Under the pieces are notes generated by a model. That model searched no databases. It worked only from the letters and a program-made list of their open reading frames with translations, and had not been told where the DNA came from. Made by a program: the position numbers and the translations under genes. From contig CAYNID010000001.1 of assembly GCA_964397425.1 (NCBI GenBank), positions 205,085 to 269,084 on the forward strand: a stretch of 64,000 bases of DNA, read 5' to 3'. Origin of the DNA: an uncultured Fibrobacter sp. Its GTDB lineage: Bacteria; Fibrobacterota; Fibrobacteria; Fibrobacterales; Fibrobacteraceae. Shown here one piece after another: positions 29,069 to 38,600 of this stretch (its first letter is position 1; the number at the start of each line of letters is the position of its first letter).

Positions 29069-30873
29069 CCATTCCAATGCGACGTTTTGTTTTGGCGATT
29101 TCCGTTTTGGCCGCATTCCTTTCGGATTGCGCCACGTCGGTTGCGCCCGGTGGCGGTCCAGAAGACAAATATCCTCCGCGGGTTGCCGGCGTTTTTCCTG
29201 CGCCAAAGTCGGTGAATACGCCGTTAGAGTTGAACGTCCATTTGCAATTTGACGAATGGATTGCGTCTAGCGTGCCACGCAGTGCGGTGATTATTTCGCC
29301 GCCGCTAGAAAAGAAGCTCAAATTCGAAGTGGATGGGGATGAACTGTTCATCACTTCAAAGGCGCGTCTGGATTCGAATACGACATATACGCTGACGATA
29401 GCGAGCGGACTCAAGGATTTGCGCGGAAACGCTGTCGCCGAACCGTTCCGGCTGACTTTTTCAACGGGGAGTGTCATTGATTCCCTTGAAGTTTCGGGAC
29501 GGGCAATGGTGACCGCCTCCATGATTAAAAAGAAGCAATATCCGACGGTGGGACTGTTTCTTTTGGGCGCAAAGGAGCGCGCGTCGCATCATTACCTAGA
29601 AAAATACAGGGATTCGACCCTTACCGTCGAAACGGATTCTTTACCGCAACTGGTGAAAGAGCCACCGCTGTTTTCTACGCAAACAGATAGTTTGGGGCGA
29701 TTCCGCCTGGAAGGTTTGAAGGCGGGCCGTTACCGGGTTGTCGCATTCCTCGACGTGAATGGAAACCAGAAAATAGAACCGTCTGCCGAATGGGCAGGCG
29801 TGGGAGAGTTTGATTTAGAACTTTTGCCCGGATTTGCGGATTCTCTCTGGATTCCCCTGGCCGATCAAGACACGACTCCCGTTTCACTGGAATCGGTTTT
29901 TCAAAAGGGAAAGTCCGCTTTGACGGCAAAGTTTTCCAAAAATCTGTATATCGACAGTCTCTTCCTTTCTCCGGGGAATTGCGCTTTGATTTCCGCAGAT
30001 TCTTCCCGTATCGAGCCCGCGTTTGTTTACCGTTCTCCGCAGAGTGACGACATTGAATTTTACTTCAATTCTTTGGCAAATCGGGATTCTTCTTATACGT
30101 TCGCTTGCAAATGGGGACGGGATTCTTTGGGAAGACATCTGGATCCCAGACTCGCGACGCTTTCTTTGGACTGGATAAAACAAACTGGGGACACTCTCCC
30201 GGCGAAACGCGTTTTAACGCAGCCATCGACCGGAGCGAAGAATATCCTCCCGAAAGATTCCATCGAAATCGTTTACGACAAACCGGTAAAAGATTCTTTA
30301 TTGGATTCGTTGCGAAACATTTTGATTGTTGTACAAAATGGCGATACGCTTCCCGTTCGGGTATTTCGGAAAGATCCAATCCGGCTGACTGTCCTTATCG
30401 GAGAAAATTTTTTGACCGATGCTAAAGTGGAACTTTTGGAACGTTATGCGGATTCAACTCTTTCTTCGCCAGACAGCGTGACTGGGAAACGCGATACCCT
30501 TGTGACGCAAAAGACGCGCGTTTGGACAAAGTTTGAAACGGTTCCCAAATTGCAGCTTTCCAGTCTTTCTGGAAAAATTCCGGGTGGCGGCGCGGATACG
30601 CGGGTCCGCATTCGCAAAGCGGATTCTGAACAATGGACAACGGTTCCCTGCTCTGCCGATGGAACTTTCCAAATGGATGATTTGACGGAAGGAAAATACC
30701 TGATGGAATATTTCCGCACAAAGGATTCCCAGAATTCTCCTGATGCGGGAAGTTTGTTTGACTTTCAATATGGAATGTCCTGGCGTTCTCTGGCAGATAC
30801 GCTTGTCGTTGAACGCGGGGCGAATATTTTGGGCGCATTAGAAAAGCGCCTGCCGGTGCTCCCGGCGAAATAA
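29065..30873 (+). CDS. Lipoprotein with Ig-like (Big_5) domain
   Basis: Lipobox-like LSDC, then CA...P.GGP.D..PP, F.E, L..NTTY, I..D..GN, FSTG..IDSL (FCB-group family). Confidence 0.8.
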   Translation: MTIPMRRFVLAISVLAAFLSDCATSVAPGGGPEDKYPPRVAGVFPAPKSVNTPLELNVHLQFDEWIASSVPRSAVIISPPLEKKLKFEVDGDELFITSKARLDSNTTYTLTIASGLKDLRGNAVAEPFRLTFSTGSVIDSLEVSGRAMVTASMIKKKQYPTVGLFLLGAKERASHHYLEKYRDSTLTVETDSLPQLVKEPPLFSTQTDSLGRFRLEGLKAGRYRVVAFLDVNGNQKIEPSAEWAGVGEFDLELLPGFADSLWIPLADQDTTPVSLESVFQKGKSALTAKFSKNLYIDSLFLSPGNCALISADSSRIEPAFVYRSPQSDDIEFYFNSLANRDSSYTFACKWGRDSLGRHLDPRLATLSLDWIKQTGDTLPAKRVLTQPSTGAKNILPKDSIEIVYDKPVKDSLLDSLRNILIVVQNGDTLPVRVFRKDPIRLTVLIGENFLTDAKVELLERYADSTLSSPDSVTGKRDTLVTQKTRVWTKFETVPKLQLSSLSGKIPGGGADTRVRIRKADSEQWTTVPCSADGTFQMDDLTEGKYLMEYFRTKDSQNSPDAGSLFDFQYGMSWRSLADTLVVERGANILGALEKRLPVLPAK

Positions 30874-30884
30874 AGGAAAATCCG

Positions 30885-33608
30885 ATGAAACCGAATGTAT
30901 ATATTGCTTTGGATTTGGAAACGACTGGTCTTGATTTTGAACACGATGAAATCATCGAAGTCGCTTTGGAACGTTTTGAAAACGGAATTCCCGTAGAAAG
31001 TGCGGATTTTCTTGTCAAGCCGAAGCAGGCTTTGCGGCCTTTCATCATGTCGCTGACGGGAATTTCGGAAGCGGATTTGGCGGATGCGCCGGAATTTGCA
31101 GATGTCGCTGGGAAAATTCGGCAATTTTTGGGCGATTATCCGTTGGTGGCGCACAATGCGCTGTTTGATTCCAAATTCCTTCGAAATTCTTTTGCCAAGG
31201 TGGGCATTTCCATTGATTCAAACTTGATTTTGGACACGCTGATTCTTTCGCGGATTGCTTACCGGGACGTTCCCAATCACAAATTGGAAACGCTGGTCTC
31301 TTATTTGGATATCAAACGGGAACGCGCTCACCGGGCGCTCCCGGATGCGGATGCCTGCGGAAAGCTCTTTTGGATGGCTTTGGGCGAAATTGAAAAATTT
31401 GATTCGTTTGTAAAGCATCATTTGGCGCGCCTGGCGAAAGGAACCGTTTGGGAATCCATCTTTGAAGACTGCGCGCCTTCGCACGAAAAACTTTCTCCGC
31501 GGACTCCTGCGAGTATTGACGCGCCTGTTTTTGAAAAGGATTCCCGGGTGCCGCGAGTCCGGGAAATTTTTGCTAAAGACGGGGAACTTTCGAAAACGCT
31601 CCCTAATTACGTTGTGCGCAATTCTCAAACGGATTTCGCCGAAGTCGTAGAACGCAATATGTATAAAGGGGGAATTTCCCTGCTGGAATCGGGAACGGGA
31701 ATGGGGAAAACGTTCGCTTACCTTGTCCCGGCGGCTCTCAAAGCGGCTTCTGGAGAACGTGTGGTTATCAGCACGGCGACGCGAACTCTCGAAGAGCAAC
31801 TTTCCAAACGCGACTATCCGGCGATTGCTCCGATTCTTGGGAAAAAAGTTTCGCCGCTTGTTCTTAAAGGCCGCGGCAATTACATTTGCCTTCGCAAATT
31901 CGAAGAGCATTTGAATTCGCCCGATGTTTTGCTGACTCCGGATGAACGGGAATCGTTCATGACGCTTTTGCCGTGGATTGAACAGACGACAACGGGAGAC
32001 GGCAACGAAAATTCGGGATTCAATCTTTCGCGGAACAGACTGCTTTGGAATAAATTTTCGAGCGATGCCTCGACGAGTTTGGGTGAAAAATGCCCTTATT
32101 ATGACAAATGTTTTGGCTTGAACGCGCGGCGGCAAGCATCCAAGTCAAATCTGCTGTTCATCAATCATGCGCTGTTCCTTTCGGACTTATCCCTTGATTT
32201 TGCGCTGCTTCCGGCTTATGATCACATTGTATTTGACGAAGCGCATCGGCTGCCTTCGATGAGTCATCAGGCTTTTGGAAAAATGGTGCGGTTTTTCCGG
32301 TTGCGCAACATCACCAAGATTCTTGTGCACCCCAAAGAACCGGAAAAAGGCCTTGTCGCCGAATTGGAAGCGCGCTTGCGCAAAAACGGCGCCGACGCCC
32401 AAATCCTGGAAGTCTGTGAAAAATTGCGGAACGGCACGATGGAGTGCGAAAGGAATTTACACCGGTTCTTCTTGAAGTTGGGAAAGAAAGTCTTTAAACG
32501 CAAACAAGATGGCTTCCGTTTTGCCAAAGGCATTTTTGCGGAATACGATACGGATCCGAGGCCCGTTTTGGAAGCTTGTACGACAGTCAAGGCGATTGCC
32601 GAAGATATTTGTGCAAGGTTGCGGAGCAGTGCGGAATTTTCTTTGATGGCCAGGAATTTAGAAGGCGCCGCCATGGAAATCGGGCGCTTTGCCGAAGATT
32701 TTGGATTCATCACGCAGGCGAATCGGGACGATTGGACGTTTTACATGGAAGAACCGGGAAATCCGCATACGGCTGTTTTGCGAGCCATCCCGCTTTTCCC
32801 CGGAGAGAATTGGTCCAGGAAATTTTTCCCGTGGATAAAGAGTGCCACATTCACATCGGCGACGCTTTCTGTACAAGGGTCTTTTGACTATTTCGAAGAC
32901 CGGATGGGTATGCGGAATCCGGAAATGGAAAAATCCAAACGGCCTTTCGTACGTTCCTATCCTTCGTCTTTTGATGTCAACGCAAAAAGGCGGATTGTCA
33001 TTGCGGATTTCTTGCCGAAGCCGAATGATCCGGAATACCAGTCGGCGCTTGAAAAAGTCCTTTCGGAAATTCTCCCGGAGAACTCCAAAAATGCACTGGC
33101 CCTGTTCACCAGTCTTTTCTGCATGACAAAAGTCCACGACGCTCTCGCACCGCTTTTTGCGGCAAAGGATAAATTGCTGTTGTGCCAGCATTTAGACGGC
33201 GGCATGGACAGTCTGGTGGAAATGTTCCGGCGCAAAAAAGAAGCCTGCCTGTTGGGTTGTCAGGTTTTTTGGGAAGGAATCGATTTGCCGGAAGATGCTC
33301 TGGAATTGTTGGTCATTCCCAAACTTCCGTTCCCCAATCCGTCGAATCCTTTGATTTCCAGTTTGGCGGACAAGATGAAAGAAAAGAACGAGAACGCATT
33401 CAGGAATCTCTACATCCCGGAAGCGGTCTTGGAATTGCGTCAAGGACTGGGACGTTTAATCCGTGGAGAATCCGATTCGGGAACTGTTCTGTTCCTGGAT
33501 AATCGGCTTATCCGCGAAGCCTACGGAAAGAGCTTCACCCGCTTGTGGAATTCGAAGCATGAAGTGGCGCACTCTCTCGAAGAGTTGAAGTCCCTGCTCG
33601 GCATGTAA
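30885..33608 (+). CDS. dinG: DnaQ-like exonuclease-DinG family helicase fusion
   Basis: DEDDh motifs DLETTG, HNA.FD, HRAL.DA; helicase motifs GTG.GKT, KGR.NY.C, DEAH, WEGID, KLPF, QG.GRLIR. Confidence 0.92.
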   Translation: MKPNVYIALDLETTGLDFEHDEIIEVALERFENGIPVESADFLVKPKQALRPFIMSLTGISEADLADAPEFADVAGKIRQFLGDYPLVAHNALFDSKFLRNSFAKVGISIDSNLILDTLILSRIAYRDVPNHKLETLVSYLDIKRERAHRALPDADACGKLFWMALGEIEKFDSFVKHHLARLAKGTVWESIFEDCAPSHEKLSPRTPASIDAPVFEKDSRVPRVREIFAKDGELSKTLPNYVVRNSQTDFAEVVERNMYKGGISLLESGTGMGKTFAYLVPAALKAASGERVVISTATRTLEEQLSKRDYPAIAPILGKKVSPLVLKGRGNYICLRKFEEHLNSPDVLLTPDERESFMTLLPWIEQTTTGDGNENSGFNLSRNRLLWNKFSSDASTSLGEKCPYYDKCFGLNARRQASKSNLLFINHALFLSDLSLDFALLPAYDHIVFDEAHRLPSMSHQAFGKMVRFFRLRNITKILVHPKEPEKGLVAELEARLRKNGADAQILEVCEKLRNGTMECERNLHRFFLKLGKKVFKRKQDGFRFAKGIFAEYDTDPRPVLEACTTVKAIAEDICARLRSSAEFSLMARNLEGAAMEIGRFAEDFGFITQANRDDWTFYMEEPGNPHTAVLRAIPLFPGENWSRKFFPWIKSATFTSATLSVQGSFDYFEDRMGMRNPEMEKSKRPFVRSYPSSFDVNAKRRIVIADFLPKPNDPEYQSALEKVLSEILPENSKNALALFTSLFCMTKVHDALAPLFAAKDKLLLCQHLDGGMDSLVEMFRRKKEACLLGCQVFWEGIDLPEDALELLVIPKLPFPNPSNPLISSLADKMKEKNENAFRNLYIPEAVLELRQGLGRLIRGESDSGTVLFLDNRLIREAYGKSFTRLWNSKHEVAHSLEELKSLLGM

Positions 33609-33651
33609 ACGGTTAAAATTTCTATTTTTAGGCGCTGTTTTTGGAGATTTT

Positions 33652-35547
33652 ATGCTCGCTGTCCAAGATTTTTTAAATGAAATGACGAAACCGCAACTGA
33701 AGGAGTTGCACGCGAAAGCGTTTGAATCGAAAGGCCTTTTGAACAATGCCAAGATTCTTTCGGAAACGATAGCCTTTTTTACGGCGACAGAACGGTTCCA
33801 TGCGTTTTACGAATCCCTGGAGCCCTGGAAAAAGCTTTGCATTTTTCTGATTTACCGCAGCGAATCCCGTGGTCTTGAATTGGGAGAATTGCGCTTGGCG
33901 GCTCCCTCCGACAAGCGCGATGCCGTGGAACCATTTTTGATCGAAGCGGCAAAGTCCCTTTACATTTGGCGTTCCCGTCCGGAAAAAGGCGCTTGCGCGT
34001 ATTTTGGATTCAGTGATTTTTTGAAGGAAATTTTACTTTCACCGGAAAATCCGGCAGATGAAAACGCCCGCTTTTTGAATTACGAAGACATGCTGGTTTG
34101 GCATCTTTGCCAGATGCTCGCCTTTGCGCGTTTGGGAAAAATGAAAATGAACGGTGCGGGCATTTTGAATCGCCGCTCCTTTCAAATTTGCGAAGAGTCT
34201 TTCCGTTATTCAAGGCAACTTTCTCCGGATGCGTTCCGCGAAGAAGTGACGCTCCTGCTCGAATTTTTGTCTACCCAGCATTGGATTGAACAACGCGGAA
34301 CAGATTTGCTCGTTACGGAAGACGCTTTTGAATTTTTGAAGCACAATGGATTCCGTTTAAAAAATGAACTTCTCGAATGGTGGATCAAACGCCGATTCCG
34401 CGGCGATATGGATTTTTTCCGCCACGTGCTGTTTTCCATCAAAAGGGACGCTTCTGCCGAAAATGCCATGCGAATCCTCTGGACGCTGGATCCCAGTTTC
34501 CGGATGCCCCTTTCCGAGGGCGAAATTTCCTGGGCGTCGCTTTCGAAACCGCTGGAAGAACTTTGGCTTTTGGGATTGGTTGAATTTTCGGCTCAGGCGG
34601 GAATGGTTTCGGCGGTCCGCTTGACTTCATGGGCTAAGGATTGGCTGGCGACTTCTGCCGCTCCGATGCTCGGTGCGCAAATTTCGGCGTTGCCGAATTT
34701 TGAACTGGTCATTTCGGTAAAGAGCGCGCCTCGAGTACTCTTCCTTTCTGCATGTCTTGCCGAAGTTCAAAACGATGAACCGTATTTGCGTTTTTCCATA
34801 TCCAGGGAATCTTTTTTGAATGGATTGAAAACGGGATTTTCCAAGGAAATCGCAGAAAGCTTTGACGGCTGGATTAATGCGCCGGCGAATGTGCGCGAAG
34901 CCATGAAAGAATGGGCTGCCTGCTACTATGACTCTTCTTTTTTGTCTGTTCGTTTGTTGAAAATGGACAATGCGGAAGTTCGGGAAGCCTTGACGGCGTT
35001 TCCGCAATTTATGGAAATGGTGGAAGAAGCGATTCCCGGATATGGTTTCATCATCAAACCGCAATTTGAAGATAAAATCCGCGAGCTTTTGAAACATTAC
35101 GGACTTGAACCGGCGAATCCCACGAATGAAGCTCCGGTAGAAGCGTTCCGCAATACGGATTGGAGTAAAGCGTTCTGGCTGCGGTTCCCGGCAGAAGGCT
35201 CTCCGGACTTTTTGTTGAAGCCGGAAAGCGACAGTTCTTCGGTGTCTTCCGCTTTAGGGGCGACGAAATACGGTGGCGATTTTCAGAAATTCGCCATGGC
35301 GGATCTTTTTAAAGTGCTTCGGTATGCCCGTTCAACAAACGGCTCTTTGGAAGCGCGCCTTTCCTTAAAGCCGGATAAAAATTCAAAGCTTCCGAAATTG
35401 CCCGCCGAAATCCGATTCAAAGTGGAAGAACTTCATTTTTCACGGGTTCCTTTTATGGCGAAAATCACCGTGGAACCCAGTGGAACTTCAATCGAACTTC
35501 CCCTGGAATCCATTTCGGAACTTCGGATGGCGCGGAAAGAAGAATAA
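33652..35547 (+). CDS. Helicase-associated (Helicase_C_3 / XPB-N, p52/Tfb2-like) domain protein
   Basis: PNFE..I, ISRES...GL..G, P.NV...M.EW signature. No Walker motifs. Possible WYL/SH3-like C-terminus. Confidence 0.7.
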   Translation: MLAVQDFLNEMTKPQLKELHAKAFESKGLLNNAKILSETIAFFTATERFHAFYESLEPWKKLCIFLIYRSESRGLELGELRLAAPSDKRDAVEPFLIEAAKSLYIWRSRPEKGACAYFGFSDFLKEILLSPENPADENARFLNYEDMLVWHLCQMLAFARLGKMKMNGAGILNRRSFQICEESFRYSRQLSPDAFREEVTLLLEFLSTQHWIEQRGTDLLVTEDAFEFLKHNGFRLKNELLEWWIKRRFRGDMDFFRHVLFSIKRDASAENAMRILWTLDPSFRMPLSEGEISWASLSKPLEELWLLGLVEFSAQAGMVSAVRLTSWAKDWLATSAAPMLGAQISALPNFELVISVKSAPRVLFLSACLAEVQNDEPYLRFSISRESFLNGLKTGFSKEIAESFDGWINAPANVREAMKEWAACYYDSSFLSVRLLKMDNAEVREALTAFPQFMEMVEEAIPGYGFIIKPQFEDKIRELLKHYGLEPANPTNEAPVEAFRNTDWSKAFWLRFPAEGSPDFLLKPESDSSSVSSALGATKYGGDFQKFAMADLFKVLRYARSTNGSLEARLSLKPDKNSKLPKLPAEIRFKVEELHFSRVPFMAKITVEPSGTSIELPLESISELRMARKEE

Positions 35548-35597
35548 AGGCGCAATTCAGAATGATTTTTCAATGCTGCGGTTGATTTAAGGTGAAA

Positions 35598-35642
35598 TCT
35601 ATAAAGACGGAATCTGTCAAGTTCTGAGCCTGTCTTTATAGA
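35598..35642. promoter_or_regulatory. Inverted repeat upstream of dnaE
   Basis: TCTATAAAGACGG-N19-CTGTCTTTATAGA (13 bp with one G-U pair). Confidence 0.45.
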
Positions 35643-35672
35643 AAGCGGATGTTCAAAGCAAAGGAGCTTAAA

Positions 35673-38600
35673 ATGGAAAATAAAATGAATCAGGAAAGTT
35701 TCGTTCATCTCCAACTTCATTCTGAATTTTCTGTTTTACAATCGGCGGCGCGGTTAGACGATATTTTCGAAGCGGCTGCCGCCGACAATGCGCCTGCGGT
35801 CGCCCTGACTGATCATGGGACAATGTTTGGAATTCTGGAATTCCAAGAACGCGGAAAGTCTTTCAATAAAAAGCGCAAAGAAAAGGGGCTTCCGCCGATT
35901 AAAACGTTGTTGGGCTGTCACATTTACATGGATACCGCCGGGGCGAATTTTAAAGAACCTTCAACTTACGAACGATTGACACTCCTTGTTGAAAACGAAA
36001 CGGGTTATTACAATCTGCTCCGAATTGTAAGTTACCGCTACGAAGAATCGGGTCGTTGGGAAGAAATCCCTTCGGTTCCGCTCAGCGTTGTCAAGGAACA
36101 CAGCGAAGGATTGATTGCTATTGCCGGGGATTTTTTCAGCCGATACGGCGCCAATGTGACAGCAGGCCGCGATGCGCTGGGAAAAGCTTATATCGAATCT
36201 CTGGACAAAATTTTTGACCACGATCATTTTTACCTGTCAATTGCGGACAACGGCATCGCTGCGCAAAAATCGCTGAATTTGTTCACCATTTCGCTTGCAA
36301 AGGAACTTGGACGAGAACTGGTCGCCGTCGGCGATGTGCATTACATTCACCGTGAAGACAGGAACGCGCACAAAGCGTTGCGGTGTATCTCGCTTGTCGA
36401 AAAATACAAGGAATTTGATGACAAACGCTTTCCGACGGATCAGTTTTATTTTCGGACGTATGCGGAAATGCGGGAACTGTTCCCCGAACATCCGGAAGCC
36501 ATTGAAAATACGGTCAAAATAGCCGAACGGTGCCATTTCGAAGTCAAAACGGGAATCGGAGACGACTTCTGGCCGCGTTATGCGATACCGAAGGATTTTT
36601 TGGAATCCGAAGAGTGCAAAGAAATTTACCGCGTCATGGAAGACGAATTCAATAAGGCTTATCCAGAAGCGTTTGCAAATGCGGCAAAAGAATATTGCAA
36701 AAAGAATGCCGGCAAAACAGAAGAAACGTTGACGGACGAAGACAGGCAAGCCATCGAAAAGATCATGGAACGCAACAAAACAAGCCGCCATGGCAGCGAT
36801 GCGGATGCTTACCTGATTCATTTGACAAACGAACGGCTTCAACAGCGCTATCCCGAAGAACAGTTCAAATATCCTCAGCACGGAACGGAAGTCAGCGATC
36901 GGATTTACAAGGAACTGAACTGTATCCGCAATATGAATGTCGCCGGATATCTTTTAATTGTTTGGGATTTCATCAACTGGGCGCGCGAACATGGGATTCC
37001 CGTAGGTCCGGGCCGTGGTTCTGCGGCGGGATCCATTGTGACTTACATCGTAGGCATTACGAACATTGACCCGTTAAAGTTCGGATTGCTTTTTGAACGT
37101 TTTTTGAATCCGGAACGCGTATCCATGCCGGATATCGATACGGACATTGCAGACCGCGACCGGGGAAGGGTCATCGATTACGTGACTCGGAAATACGGCG
37201 CGGATTGCGTCGGGCAAATTATTACGTATGGAATGCTCAAATCCAAAGCGGTTATCAAAGACGTTGCCCGGGTTCTTGGAATCGATCACCGTGAAGCGGA
37301 ATCGATCATTAAGCTTTTTCCCCGCCGTCTTTTGGATTTCAGTTTAAACGATGCCTGGACAGGAAAAAGCAAAGGGAAGCCCATTGCGGATTATAATCCG
37401 GATGATTTACAAAAGTTGATCAATAGTCGCGAAACGTATCGGGAACTGTGGGATATTGCCCAAAAATTAGAGGATCTTCCGCGGCAAACAGGCGTTCATG
37501 CCTGCGGAGTCGTCATTACGCCGACACCGATTTACAATTTGGCTCCTTTATACAGGGCAGCACCGGCAGATTCTCCGGTGGTCATGTACGACAAGCATTA
37601 TTCCGAAACAATCGGCTTGTTGAAAATGGACTTCTTGGGGCTCATCAACTTGTCCATCATCCAAGACACGGTGAATCTGGTCAAAAAAATTCGCCGGATT
37701 GAACTGGACATGGACAAAATCCCGACAGACGACAAAGAAACTTTTGAACTGTTGAGCAGGGGCATGACGACTGCGGTGTTCCAGTTTGAATCTCCGGGAA
37801 TGCAAAAGTATTTGCGCGAATTGAAACCGTCGCGAATCAGTGATTTGATAGCGATGAACGCACTTTACCGCCCAGGACCGATTGAACAGATTCCGCATTT
37901 TATTGCGCGCAAAATCGGAAAGGAACCGATTGACTGTTACCATGAAGATTTGGATTCCGTTTTGGGAGAAACTTACGGCGTTATCGTTTACCAAGAACAG
38001 GTGATGCAGCTTGCGCAAATTTTAGGCGGCTATACGCTTGGAGGTGCAGACAATATCCGCCGCATCATGGCGAAAAAAATGCCGGATAAAATGGCAAAGC
38101 TCGAACCGGAATTTTTTGAAAAATGCCTTTCCAAAGGTTACGACAAGGCGATGATTCAAAAAGTCTGGAACGCCGTACTTCCGTTTTGCGGATATGCGTT
38201 CAACAAGAGCCACGCTGCCGCTTATGCTTATGTCGCTTACCAGACCGCTTATTTAAAGACCCATTTCGGTCCTGAATACATGGCGGCTTCCATGACTTCC
38301 AAAATGGGGAAGACGGAAGACATTGTGACGATTATCCAAGAATGCAAACGCATGGGAATCGAAGTGTTGCCGCCCGACATCAACGTTTCCCTGGGAACGT
38401 TTTCGGCAAACGAAAAGGGGCAAATCGTCTATGGTCTTGCCGGAATTCGCAATGTGGGAACTTTTGTCTGTGAAGATCTTGTCGCGGAACGGGAAGCCCA
38501 CGGCCCCTATAAAACGCTTTTTGATTTTTGCAACCGAATCGCGGATTATCAAGCTTCGAAAACGGAAAAACGCGCACCGTTGAATCGGAAAACGTTGGAA

